A DNA stretch of 63,993 nucleotides, counting the filler, from Reticulomyxa filosa (lineage: Eukaryota > Protista > Foraminifera), in assembly GCA_000512085.1 (NCBI GenBank). It is 17 parts of 17 records of this genome, joined end to end, with 100 filler letters (N's around TTAATTAATTAA, not from the genome) between each part and the next. Parts side by side here need not be neighbours in the genome. Positions count along the whole stretch, not along the records: positions 50,292 to 52,533 come from ASPP01027981.1; positions 52,634 to 54,444 come from ASPP01000022.1; positions 54,545 to 58,360 come from ASPP01044847.1; positions 58,461 to 59,947 come from ASPP01024029.1; positions 60,048 to 62,102 come from ASPP01039821.1; positions 62,203 to 63,993 come from ASPP01028924.1; 11 more parts are not named here. One strand, given 5' to 3'. Of this stretch, positions 51,214 through 63,993 are shown piece after piece. The number at the start of each line of letters is the position of its first letter. Position 1 is the first letter of the stretch. The notes beneath the pieces were generated by a model. It worked only from the letters and a program-made list of their open reading frames with translations. It made no database searches and was not told where the DNA came from. The position numbers and the translations under genes are program-made.

Positions 51214-52071
51214 CTACTTGAATGATGCCATCGTATTGTTGAAAGGATATTTAGGACCGCGTTCTTGAAATAATTTTGCAACGGCTCCAACACTTTAAAG
51301 GCTTTGTAAAAGCGTGTTAATTCTGGGAATTTTTCATACATCTCACCACACAATTTCGAAGTTTGCTCAATGAATTCAAACAATAAGAAATCTGCATAGC
51401 ATAAATCTTTTCCGCCCAACCTTTTAAATCATATCAATAAATCAAAGCAAACATACGATATTTTTTTTTAATAATAAAAAAAAAACATACCATTTTCTTG
51501 GGGTACGGTCACCCTTTAACCATTTTTCCAAGGGACGAAGAACCAAATCTGGAAATTGTTGAATAAAGCCAGTTTTCTGCGATTCAAAGTTTGGTGAATA
51601 GCACACAATCTTCCCCATTGGCCAAACAAAGTCTTTGAATATATCACCAATCATTTCTTCATATGCTCTGCCTTGACTGTCACTGCTGCCAATCTTTAAC
51701 TCACGTCCCAAATATCTAGTTACAAGTTTATGTAGTTTATGTTATTTGTCAAATTAGTGTGCTTAAAAAAAAAGTAACACAAACACTCAAACCTATAAAT
51801 AGCATGGAACTCGGTAATTCGCAGATCATTACTGTGATTGATCAGATAAGGAAGATTTGGAAATTCCAAACCAAGTTTAAATTTAACATCCAACCATTTC
51901 AAACGATCATAGGTAGGTGCAGGTCCTACTTCGTATGTCATATCCTCAAAATTGTTGTGGCCTCCGTACACCAACATCAGAGTCTCACAATCCTCGGATT
52001 TTCCAGTAACTCAAGGTAAAGCGTGGTTTGCTTGAAGAAGCATCTGTTTTCGCTTCTTCTGTATGCGACAT
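51214..52071 (-). pseudogene. Glutathione S-transferase, mu-like, frameshifted
   Basis: LSYWKIRG, GPAPTYDR..WLDVKFKLGLEFPNLPYLI, GKDLCYADFLLFE and YPFNNTMASFK*; frame breaks at about 51990 and 51260. Confidence 0.85.
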
Positions 52072-54417
52072 TTCAATGGATGCTGTTATTAATTCTCAGG
52101 TTGTGCGTAACCAAAAAAAGTTTAACTGAACAAGTACACGTACTGTGTCTTTTTATTTAAAATATCAAAAATAAGCTTGAATTTTTTGGTTTTTTGAAAA
52201 TATCGTCTTACTAAAAAAATGTATTAAATTATTTTTAAAAAATAGTTTTGTTCTTTTGCGTAAGCAAAATAGTATACATGATTTGATTTCATGTTGAACT
52301 TACTTTCAGACTTTTTTTTTTTATCTTTGTAATGTTTGTGTTTTAAGAGCAAACAACAAAGATTTACTAACAATTGCTTACTCTAAGATTTTTGGCAAAT
52401 ATCTTTTTGTTCAAAGAGCTTTTTTAAAAATACAATCTATTGAACTATCGAACAATTAAGCATCCACACATTCACTTTGAACCAATCCAAATATAGTCGC
52501 AGCATCTTGTGCTGATTGCGATGTGGATACACTNNNNNNNNNNNNNNNNNNNNNNNNNNNNNNNNNNNNNNNNNNNNTTAATTAATTAANNNNNNNNNNN
52601 NNNNNNNNNNNNNNNNNNNNNNNNNNNNNNNNNTCCAAAGTTCACTTGGGTTTTGCGAGAATTGCTTATTACGACATTTGAGTACTACATGTGCATCACC
52701 AAACTAAAAAAAAATTTGCAGCAAAATGCAATCAGTTTAATAACGTCTTTCAATTTCAAAGACGAATTGGTATATCATTGGCTGCCGTAATCAAATGAAA
52801 AGATAATTGATATCGTAACAAAAAAAAAATTTATTACCATAAAAAATAAACTGACATTCAATGAGCAGTAGTGATGACGTTAGTAAGACGTTGAAACAAT
52901 TTAGCGGAACAAGTGTAAAACAAGCAATCAAAGAGAGGCTGACCAAAAGTGAAGCTACAACAAATGAGAAGGCCATTGAAAATGATATCACCAGAAAGGA
53001 ATTGTGCGTACCCTAGTACGGAAGTTATGTGAACGAAACGATGGTACTGACAATACTAGTAAAAGCAACAATGCCAGCTTTGCAAGCATGTGCCAAGAGT
53101 GGTTTTGCTTCGATGCAAACAACATCAGCATCGGGAGCATCTGTATTTGCATTTGCAGGAGTTTTGTCTTGGCTATCTTGCTTCTGTGTGTTTTTCACAG
53201 TTTCCATGCGATAGTGATCCATATCTACATTTTGCTGGGCTAGCCTTGCGACCGTAAGGATACGTGATACTTACATGAAGGCAACTACTCCATTCAATCC
53301 GCATGCGAGGATCGTTTCTGTCACTGTAAGTGTCGTGCCTGCAACAACGTCTCGGCGGCAGAAATAGTACGTTGTGCGGTCTTTTGAATTCGAAAACAGG
53401 AACTTTATATCAAAGTCTGTGCTTTTCCCAATAACCACACAATCACTTGACACTCCAAGCCACACTGGCACGCACAATACCAACAGGAACGAAAGGCCCA
53501 GCGTTCCAAGGATAAGATAAAATATATATTTTTGTATTTGCAGTGACGAATCCTTAAATACAACCGCTTTTTTTTTGTTTTGTTTTCGGCCAAGTTTTCA
53601 TTTGACATAAATCAGTTTGAACCTAAAAAAAAAAAAAAAAATACTACGTACGACAATCGGAAAACTACGTATACATAACAATACATACATTTAAAATACA
53701 ACGTCGTCCTGTTTTTACAAAATTGAACAGTACGTAATATAAACGAACAACATTAACACAATGCCGAGACGTCAAAAAACGTGGATAATTGATGTATTGT
53801 TTAGTATTATTTATTAACTATCAGCTTTTACACTTGAACTCACTGTTAAATTGGAGAATATGTATCAAGAATGATTTATCAATGAAAGATAGATTTGGAA
53901 CTTAAAAATGGTTTAATACGTCAACAAAAATTGTATATGAAACAATGTAGAGGAAAATTTTGATTTTTTGCGTTACTTTATTTGTGTGAATACATTAAGT
54001 TTTGGTATAGATTGTACAATCTTTGTAAATATCGTGTGTATTCCATCTTCAAAGGATTTTCGAACTTTCCAAATTTCTTTTCATAATTATGTTGCACTAA
54101 AAATTGTTTTACTCAATAGCTAAAATGTGTACTCTTTGCATCATTCCAACGGTTACATCATGTATGACTAGTCTTTAGTTGCCTTTTTGGTGTCCTAAAT
54201 TCTTTTTCCCCAAAGCAAAAAAAGGAAAATTAAAATTTTATATCTGACGTCGTTCTACAATGCCGGATATAAAACATTACTTTTCATTTTTTCTTTTTTG
54301 ATCTAGCACGAAAATTTAGCAATATCAATATTAAAAAGTCAATAAGAATTTTCTTATTCAAATCTGCAATATTTACTACGTATAATGTGTTAGTTTTAGC
54401 TGGGTCTGCTGATAATA

Positions 54418-54444
54418 CAGTAGGTTGCAAAGAAAACTGAACGC
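54418..54444. mobile_element. Left end of a MITE related to 8122-8477
   Basis: TA|CAGTAGGTTGCAAAGAAAACTGAAC at the contig end; reverse complement of the terminus ending at 32318. Confidence 0.8.
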
Positions 54445-54669
54445 NNNNNNNNNNNNNNNNNNNNNNNNNNNNNNNNNNNNNNNNNNNNTTAATTAATTAA
54501 NNNNNNNNNNNNNNNNNNNNNNNNNNNNNNNNNNNNNNNNNNNNATTTTTAATCTCATTTTGAAAATATTTTGGTTGGTAAGAGTATAGGCCTTTTTTCT
54601 ATCAAAACATCAGCAAAAACATTTTTTGAAGACAAAAAGCATCAGAAACCTTTTTTTGAATGTTTTATA

Positions 54670-55395
54670 ATGCATACGCACAAAATTTTACATCGTTTTT
54701 ATTATGCACGCGTCCAAATATACATTTTTTTTAAAAATCCGAAACGCGCTTTCATTGAAGATTTATGCTTCGTAGTGTCACTTTTTTTGTGGGGAGGGAC
54801 GTGATTACAAGGAAAATTATGTTATATTTGTAAGCTATTTAGAAGTAATTTTTAGAAAATGATAAAAATATATTTTTTTAACGCGCTGGCCAGAATTGAC
54901 GAATACATCGTAAAAATATTTGTTCATTTTTGGACTGTACATCAACATTAAAAAACGGAAGCAAACATTTTTTTTGATGACTAATGAATTTTTATGCATG
55001 AACAAAACTTGCAACATTAAACTTTTGCGTTGCAAAAAAAGTTTTGTGATGAATAGATGAATTTTTCAAGGCAAAAATGTGAAATAAAAATAAAAACAGC
55101 ATTTGAAATAATTAGTTACGAGCTAACGTTTTGTTCTCAACGAAAAAACCGATAATTTTCTTTTTTTATAAAAAAAACAAGTTTTTTCTTATCTTAAAAA
55201 TGCTTCTATTGCATTTTCTAAAAATTAATTTAACCAGTTGTTACATTATAACATACTTTTCCAGACCAAAAAAAAAGTTGCACTACGAAACGTATATCTT
55301 CAACCGAAGTGCTTTTCGGATTTCCAAAAAAATTATGACAGACATTTTTGGACGCATGCACAAATGAAAAACGATACAAAATTCCTTTTTTATGC
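54670..55395. repeat. Degenerate long inverted repeat (arms about 190 bp, spacer about 350 bp); possible old foldback element
   Basis: ATCGTTTTT..TGCACGCGTCCAAA..AAATCCGAAA..TTGAAGAT..TTCGTAGTG..TAATTTTTAGAAAATG is mirrored at about 55212-55395. Confidence 0.72.
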
Positions 55396-57592
55396 ACGAC
55401 CCAAAATTAAAAAATGTAAGGTCATTACAAAAAATTTGTAGCGTTTTCGGACTCTTGCATCATAAAAACTGAAGAAAAAATTGGTCACGACTTTTTGAAC
55501 AATATTTAGTAAAAATTAAAACATAGAAATTGTTCAGATATTTTTTCCTCGTTTGTTCAACTTTTGAACAATCAGAAAAAGCTGTTTCTGCAAAAAATAT
55601 CTGACAGTTTTTCAAAGCCAAAAAAGTTATTTTAATAACATTTTTGATACAATAAACATGTGTTCAACAAGTTCAAGAATGCCGCTTAAATAAAATTAAA
55701 ATACTTTTGAAACCTCATCCACGTCGACAATAAAAAGGCCGCCAAATACACATACGACCAAAACGTTAAACAATCTTTTTCAATCACAAAAAATTACATA
55801 TGTATTCCACATGTTACTGCACAGACACTGACGTTTCCCTTCCTCTGCACATAATTATATCTTTTTTTCGTAGCAATTTAAGCAGAACATACGATGATTG
55901 TCCATGTCTTTTTGTAAATCTACAAGATACAGTCATTAGCATCCATTATTATCTAGTTTTAATCTTTTTCTTGAACTTGTTATTGCTGATAAATGACTTA
56001 ATCATGGTTTTACATTTAATGTTATTCCATGCTTCTTGTAACATTTTTATTTTACGAATGATATCATTAATGTTATGTTTCCTCATTCTCTTAACTTTAA
56101 ATATTTTCATTTCAACAAAATTTGATCATTTAACATCACATACGATTTAATTTTCTCTACATTTGTGGGTTTCAATACAAATCAAATCAACATTTTCTAA
56201 AGTGCTCAAAGATAAAAAAAGAGATAAATATAGTTTATTATAACATAAATTTTATTTTAAAAAATGATTCAAATTTTAGTCTTTAAAAGCAAACACAACA
56301 AAAATATTCATGATGGTATTTTGGTGTTCAAAATTTTAATGTGGGATTTGTAAAGTATTAAGACAACAGAATTTTTTTAACTAATGAAAATAGTAATTTG
56401 TTTTGAGAGTAATTGAAAATTGTCGAACTATGAAGAAATATTAGTAAATATTTCCACTATTCTATATTCAACCCTTTTCTGTCACTTGTTTTATTTCCAC
56501 AATGACATAATAAGCAAAGTATGAATTGCGCAAAACATTAAATTAACTTTCAAATATCTTAAATGTGAATCTTGTTAAAAAACTAGATATAATTTTTTGT
56601 TTAGAATAATTATAGTTTTTTGATTATTACAACTGATCTTAGACAGATAACATTGAATAAGAGCTCAATTTGGAACTTCATTCCTTGTGTTCTCATTAGA
56701 CAGCTCTTCAATCAAATTAAATTGAATGAATAGAATCAAACAAGAAAAATTAAAATATACAATACAGTCAATTGTACTATCGAAATTATGCAAAGTAAAT
56801 ATATTCTTCCAAATTGACAATGTATTTTCATAACACTTTTAGTGATCCGGTCTCAATTTATCCAATTAAATTTTCAAATATTTTTTGTAATATTCAAATT
56901 ACAATATGACCTTTAATAAATCTTTTATTTTTATAAATAGCTATCAAACTGTTTATGAAATAGAGAAATTATAATACTCAAGCCAATATATTCAAATCAA
57001 TTTTCAAATTTTTTTTATAAACAAATATGTAAGGACAAATCATCTATAATTAATTCCACAGTATATAGACAGCTCCAGTTCAATAAGCACTTTCTATACT
57101 TTGCTCCAGTGAGTATATATTTCTTCCTTTTGATAATCTTTTAATTTCAGTTTGTATGTGACCTGCAAATCGTTTTGATCGATCAATTCATTTTTAATGC
57201 TATTTCCTTTGTCTTTCAAACAATAGATATCATTTCAAATTTCTCTTTCAGTAGTAAACTAATGTTGATATTGGAATATTGTCTGCATCGTTTTTGTTTA
57301 GTAAGTCAACACGCAATAGTAACTTACGGAAACTTGCTTATGATCGAGGATTTCACAACCAGGATATAACTTAAAATGATATTGTACAACTTCGACTCAA
57401 TTAACAATATTTTCTTATAGTTTGTCAACTGGTCAATATCTGTTTATAATGGCCTAGGAGAGGCTCGAATTAAACGATCGTTCTGCAAAAACTTTTGAAA
57501 GTTACGAAGAAATTAAGAAGGCGTTTGATATTAAAATTTTTCAATTTAGAGAATTAAACATTTTTTGTTTGGCTGTTCGTTTTCATTTTTAT

Positions 57593-58360
57593 TCACTGGA
57601 CTTGTTCATCCAGAAATACGTCCCAAGGCGCTGCATCATCAAACTTGTTGAGTTCGCTAAGAGTATGTTCCACAAATTCTTGTCTTAAGAAAGGTTTTGA
57701 ATGGACTCTTAATTGTATTGGATCACTGCCATATTTCAATAATTCTTTGTCCCGTTCCCAGCTGAACAATCCGGCGCCAGTGGATGTTGCATAAGGATTC
57801 AATTCAATCACTATACATTCCCATCGACTTTCATTCAACCACGACTCGTTGCTATTAAAATCTACCTCTTTCATTTCATCGTTTCTTGTGGGATCTTCAC
57901 AACACATGCATAGTACATATAACCGATCATATACAAGAAAGGATTTTGCTTCCTTGTTCTTATTGAGTAATATATTTGTACACAAAGTAGTGAGAAAGGA
58001 GAAGGAAGAGGGAAAAAATTTATTTTTTTTTATTTTTACCTTTCCACAAATCCAAAACGGCAATATCAATGATATAGTTATCAACCAGGTTGACATCTGA
58101 TTTCACATAGTTCCAATACTTGATGATTTTATCCTTTATCATTTCGACAAAGCGTTCATTATGGGCTAACCATGGGAAATAGCAATAGTGATTGTATTGG
58201 GAAATGGCCGTCAGCTGATTGTTATAAACAAAGCAACGAAACTCCAAACTATCTTCCATGCGTGGCTCCCATTTTCGAATTGCCAATTGGACATTGCAAA
58301 AATCAAATCGATCTTCTTCATCTTCTTTTACTTCCACTTTTTTTTCTTCTTTTTCTTCTT
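57593..58360 (-). CDS. Cdc123/D123-like ATP-grasp protein, C-terminal half
   Basis: LAIRKWE, LEFRCFVYNNQLTAISQY, YIIDIAV and IVIELNPY..TGAGLFSW. Confidence 0.88.
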
Positions 58361-58463
58361 NNNNNNNNNNNNNNNNNNNNNNNNNNNNNNNNNNNNNNNN
58401 NNNNTTAATTAATTAANNNNNNNNNNNNNNNNNNNNNNNNNNNNNNNNNNNNNNNNNNNNATG

Positions 58464-58495
<32 letters not shown>

Positions 58496-58521
58496 TGTAT
58501 ATATTGTATCCCTTTGAAATA

Positions 58522-59245
58522 GGCACTAGAACTGAAGATGAACGGCCGGCGACGAAGAGTAAGCGCAAGAAGAGACAGAATAGCGATGACGAAGGCCGAG
58601 TGGGAACACAGAGGCAACAAATGTGCAAATACCGATTGTCGGACGTGATCCAGAACCGTGCGTTGCTGGGACAATTATGTGAAAGCAAATTTGGGAGTCT
58701 ACATGTACAAAAACTGTTGGAAAACGAAAAAACCGGAAACTGGGAAAACGTAGAATTATTTGTATACGTGTTGTGTCGAAAGGGTGTTTTGTTGGAAATG
58801 TCCCAAGATAAGTACGCGAATTACGTAGTGCAAAAAGTGTTGGAGTTGTTTTGCGAAAATGCCCAATGGTACCCTGGCCACACACGCAAAGAGAGTTTGG
58901 CCAAGAGCATTTTGCTCAAGTTGGTCAAAGGCCACGTGGAGAAGTTGGCCACCAATGCGTTCAGTTGTCGTATTTTGCAAAAGATTTTCAAGTATCCGTC
59001 CAAATACATGGCCATTAAATTGGAAATTGTTAATGAAATCATGGGCCGTCCTGATCGATTTCAAGTGTTTTTATTGCATCATTTAGGTCATATCAATGAA
59101 TAAATAAATATATATATATATATACATATATACATATATATATTTATGTGTTTGGATTTGTTTTTATACGTATTTTCCACTGTTGCTCACACTTTTGAAA
59201 TTCGAGCCAAAAAATAAAGTGGTTGTGTGGTGTGTGTGAATTATC

Positions 59246-59295
<50 letters not shown>

Positions 59296-59800
59296 TAATA
59301 ATAATAATAATAAAGGCCAATCATGTGATGCAAGAAGCAATTGAATATGTGCCTTGCGAGTGCATACCACTGCTATGGCGACTAATCGGGTCGAGATTTG
59401 TGGAGTACAGTACTCACAAGTACGGATGCAGAGTGATTCAAAAGGTGCTGATGCACAGCCAGATCGAGCAGTGTGCCGGCATTTACCAGGAAATGCTGTC
59501 GAGTCTCGTGACGCTTGCACGAATCATTACGGAAACTACGTGATGCAATGTGTGCTGCACCATTGCAAAAACGAGTTCGTCATCGATGCCATTGCGCGCT
59601 TCGTGTGCAGACACATCCATATCTTGGCGTTCAACAAGTACTCGTCCAACATCGTGGAGCGCTGCTGCGAGCTCAAATCGCACTTTAGAGACCAGCACAA
59701 CGTGATTATCGAGGCTATTCTCGCATTTGACAAGCAGTCACCATCCAGTTCATCGCGCTTGGTCAAAAAATTGGCTTACGATGAATTCGGCAATTTTGGT
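58522..59800 (+). CDS. Pumilio/PUF RNA-binding protein (8 repeats), truncated at both ends, one apparent frameshift
   Basis: GSLHVQ, ANYVVQ, SCRILQ, ANHVMQ, GCRVIQ, GNYVMQ, SSNIVE and GNF repeats. Confidence 0.92.
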
Positions 59801-62800
59801 ATGCTAATAATAATAATAATAACAATTATTTATTACTAAACAATGACAACATTTATAAGTACATATATAAATATATACATATATATTTATTGCACGCACG
59901 TGCCTTTCGCAAATAAGCTCCTTCCAAAAAAAAAAAAAAAAAAAAAANNNNNNNNNNNNNNNNNNNNNNNNNNNNNNNNNNNNNNNNNNNNTTAATTAAT
60001 TAANNNNNNNNNNNNNNNNNNNNNNNNNNNNNNNNNNNNNNNNNNNNATCTATTTTTTTTTTGTTGAAACAAGTTAAACATATAAAAAAAAAATTTTTAT
60101 TTACTTAACTAGTAGTTGTGCTATCCTCTAGGATAGAAACGATTTTTGGAGTCAATGCTCCAATTATATTTTCCTTATTTTTTTTTCTTCTTTTTATCTA
60201 TTTTTTCTTTTTCTTATTTTTTTTTTTTCTTTTTTGTTACCTTTTTATTTTTTTTTCCCATTTTTTTCAATCATCTTTTTTTTTTAATTTATTTCTATTT
60301 TCCCCTCCTTTTTTCCAATTATACTCCCTTTTCCAATTTTCAATTTTCCCCCTTTTTCCATTATCCTTTTTTTTCCCCTCTTTTTCTATTATCTTTTTCT
60401 CCATTTTTTATTTCTCTATTTTTTCCCACCACCACTTTTTCTAAAAGTTTTTTTTTCTTTTGGATCCTGGTACACCTATTACACAAACAACAAAGTTTTT
60501 TTTATGTTTTCATAGAACACAAGAAAAATATATTTACCTGTAAAAATAGAATTCCAACTTCATCTCGATTTTTTTTCACTGTGCAAACACTCAACATATT
60601 TTTGTTTGTATGGAGGAGGGGGGTACGAAAGAATACAAACATATTTTTTTCTTTGTGAAGGGGAATTCCTATTTATGATATACACACAATCACACTATTT
60701 TAACAAAAGAAAGATAAACATATATATAATATAACAAACCATTATTCCTTATTTTGCACACCGGACGGCATTCGACCCCAATGTTTTGTTTTGTGTGGAT
60801 TGGGTATGTAACTGTTTCTGGCGGGGGACTCCTGTGCACAAACACAACACATTGACATATTTATATATATATATATAAAGATAGAACAAACCTTTTAAAC
60901 TCCTTTCGGAGACGGAGTTGGCTTCTACCCCTCTTTCTTATTGTTGCAACTGGATCATCGTTGGAGCGCTTTGTCTATATATTTTTTTTCAATAATATGT
61001 ATATCATATACACCACCAAGTTATACGTTGTTTTTGTGAATAATTCTACATATAAAAAAAAAGTTTGTCCCATATATACTTATGTTATGTAAATTGTTGA
61101 TATATACAAATTGGTCGTGTCATAGTTTAGTTTGCTTAACTGTTGCTTGTTGCTGTGGGTGCGGACGTCATTGTGTATTGGCAATTTATCCCCTCAATTT
61201 GCGGGCCGTTGTTGTCGCAGATTGGCTCAACACATTACTCCCTTTCAACACTAATTGCAAGTTCTTCAACTTGGATGAACAATTACCTGGTGCATTAGTG
61301 TGCATGGATACATAATATCTCATTCACACCTGGCTCGTTATAAGCCAACATGCTGCCAGGACTATTGAAACAGTCCAAGCCACAACTCACAATATTAGTG
61401 CTCGCATTATCTTGGCTGTTTTGGACTTTGCCAAGTGTTCAAGCACAATGTTGTGCACATGCCATGTCCATGTCTATTTATATTTTATATTTGTATACGT
61501 CTATATAAATTAAAAAAAAAAATTTTCATACTTCTATCAAGCTTTTTCTTGGTTATTTATTTTTTTAATTGAAAAAAAGATAAACAAATTAACTGAAAGG
61601 TGACCACGAATATCCAATGCTACACATTCATTATTTTTGCAAATCCTGTTAAGTATCCACAAATTTGACTGTCCATATTTATGATCGCGATTTGTATTAT
61701 AGTAATTGATTTTAGAGTTGGTGCAATAGTTGGCGCTATATTTTGTTTGATTGCCGGAGTGATCACATGTGAAATTGTTGATATAATTGTTGATGTGATG
61801 GTGGTTGGTTTGGTGAGAAGTGGCCTTGTTTTGAATTGCGAAACGGTAACGGCCAACTTTGAATTGAATGACATGCGCGCCATTCGGGAGTAAATGTTGA
61901 AAAGCGTGGTCAACATCCAACGCCAGCACTAGAGAACTCCAACCTCACCAAGAAAAGAAAAAGAGCCCTTACAACTATCCAACGCACAATATCCATAAAA
62001 AAGAAGTTTGTAATTTAAATTATAATGGTCATATTTTATCAAAATAACATCTTTGATTAAAATATTTTATAAAAAAACTTATCAATATTTTTTTTTACGA
62101 TANNNNNNNNNNNNNNNNNNNNNNNNNNNNNNNNNNNNNNNNNNNNTTAATTAATTAANNNNNNNNNNNNNNNNNNNNNNNNNNNNNNNNNNNNNNNNNN
62201 NNCGTTTTTCTTCTTGTTTTTCTTGTTCGTTCTCTTGTTTCAATTTGTGTTCTAATTCTGGATTTGATTCCTTTTGCTCGCTTTTATTTTCGTTTTGCTT
62301 TGGATTGATTGCTCTTTTTGATAACATTTCTTCAATGCACTTTTTTGTTGTTGCGAATAACCGTGTACATGTGTTAGAAAAAAAGTATCCCTTTTATCAG
62401 GCAAACAAAATTAAACTTCTTGCAGAACCATAACAACTGCTGTTTGACATGGACCCTCTTTCACGTTTTCACATGTCCCTAAAATTATTTTCACGTTTTT
62501 TTTTAAGTTAATCATCCACGGTTTATCCGATATACGCCGTTTCTATTTTTTCAGTGTACCACAGTCTTCTTTGGTCTTAATCGAAGCACAAAAAAAACAC
62601 ACACTTTATGTGGCCTATTATCAGAAACATATTTTCGCTTTTTGGCACGTTTTTGAAGTTTGGACATTTCTGCTATATTTATATTATTGTTTTTTTAATA
62701 AAATCCCCTTGAAATATGTTCAGATATTCACCAGCAAACTGAGTGTAAAGCTACTCAATAAAGGATAGATTGTCCTTTGGTGTGTTTACTTCAGTTTAAA

Positions 62801-63993
62801 GTAGATAGAGTAAAAAGGACAACAACATGAAGCCAAGACGAGATCTTGTGTATGATGATTTATAAAATAAATAAAAAATTCAATTTATCAATTTTATAAT
62901 TAACTCTTTCGAACTTATACATATTAACTTAAAAAACAAATCAAAACAAATAGAAATGTAATTTTGTTCTATTTTATGGCACCACCATATGCAAAAAATA
63001 TTACAAATTTTGAAGACATACAATAAAAAACAATTAGAATAATTGTTGAAAGTGGTTCAATAGATTGCAAGGTTTATCCCAAACGTTAGAAAAATTCAAA
63101 ATGTACATTTACACGAAAAGCTTTTTCACAACTGAAAAAGTCAGTCGAAAATATATAATTACTGCATCGATCGCAGAATGAATAATTTATTGTTTATTGT
63201 GATAAATCTGATGTAACTGCAGGAGAAGTATTATTACAAATACAAGATATAATCCTAGTATATCAAAGAAATTAGATAATAATACGTAATTAGCATAAAT
63301 ATGAGAAAGAACTATATTCAGAAATATGTGCTGTTCAAAAAATAGTCATTATTGCATTATTTAATAACTAATTCAACTATCACTATGGATATTACGATTC
63401 AATGAATTTTCTTTTGAATTAATATACTTTTCAAGTTTGAGTAGTGTGGATGCAGATTATTTATATCGAAACCTTAATACACTAACAAACTTATATCAAG
63501 AATTAGTAGCTACATGACCAAAACACAAATAGTAAATCAAACAAAATATACACTTGTAAGAGAAAATATCTACTAAAAAATTGCGAAATCATTTGAAATA
63601 AGAAATTTTGATCAATTATTTAAAATAAAATAGTATCAAAAAGCTCAATATAATGACAATATAATAAAGGATATTAAGGAAAAATTGAATAAATAAAGTA
63701 AGTACAAAATTGACATTTTACAATTGAGGAAATAATGTAATATGTATTAGTTGGTGGTTGATAAAAGGAATATATTAATACGTGTATTGAAAATAGTATT
63801 TACTAAATCAATGAAATATTATTTATTTCAATATGCACATATTGGCACAACATCATGTAACAAAAAGGATTTGAAGATACAGTAAGATAAAAAAGAAAGT
63901 CGGCACCTAAAATGCCAACTTATATAGACGATTGTGTTTCTACATGAACAAACAACATTTAATCAAAATTTTTTTTTTATTTAAAAAAATATC

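Noticed and set aside
52634-53520. Class-3 lipase gene (KVHLGF)
   Set aside because: A six-residue match followed by a stop; no GxSxG found.
60118-60658. Phe-rich membrane-protein ORFs
   Set aside because: Translations of T-rich low-complexity DNA.
1119-62202. Regularly recurring TTAATTAATTAA as a CRISPR-like or biological repeat
   Set aside because: Always centred in exactly 44+44 Ns; it is an assembly linker.
1-63993. tRNA, rRNA, CRISPR arrays or prokaryotic operons
   Set aside because: None recognised by eye; tRNAscan-SE and Infernal would be needed to exclude small RNAs.

Overview
AT-rich, intron-containing eukaryotic (protist) DNA, not prokaryotic. It is a concatenation of 17 short contigs joined by 16 artificial 100-nt spacers (N44-TTAATTAATTAA-N44, stops in all six frames), so adjacency across spacers means nothing. 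The expanded Kelch and WD40 families carrying a 'GWIDDFN' motif, short homopolymer-rich introns and microsatellite-encoded acidic tracts suggest a foraminiferan such as Reticulomyxa filosa; this is inference, not checked. Recognisable genes: START-like protein, RelA/SpoT-like nucleotidyltransferase fused to ankyrin-like repeats, Kelch protein, FCP1/SCP-type phosphatase, Kelch-WD40 fusion, WD40 protein, Ras, coiled-coil protein, ADP-ribosylglycohydrolase-like pseudoenzyme, BIG/Sec7 Arf-GEF, HERC-like HECT E3, CaMK-group kinase, FYVE-PH protein, syntaxin, SDR, beta-trefoil/PhyH dioxygenase, SAM-UBA-MIB/HERC2 protein, GST-mu, Cdc123-like ATP-grasp and Pumilio. Also present are several pseudogenes, a decayed LINE and a TA-flanked MITE family. 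The best novelty candidate is the spliced, eukaryote-resident alarmone-synthetase-like (RelA/SpoT) domain joined to ankyrin-like repeats at 2397-4976. All calls come from reading motifs by eye; exon limits are approximate.
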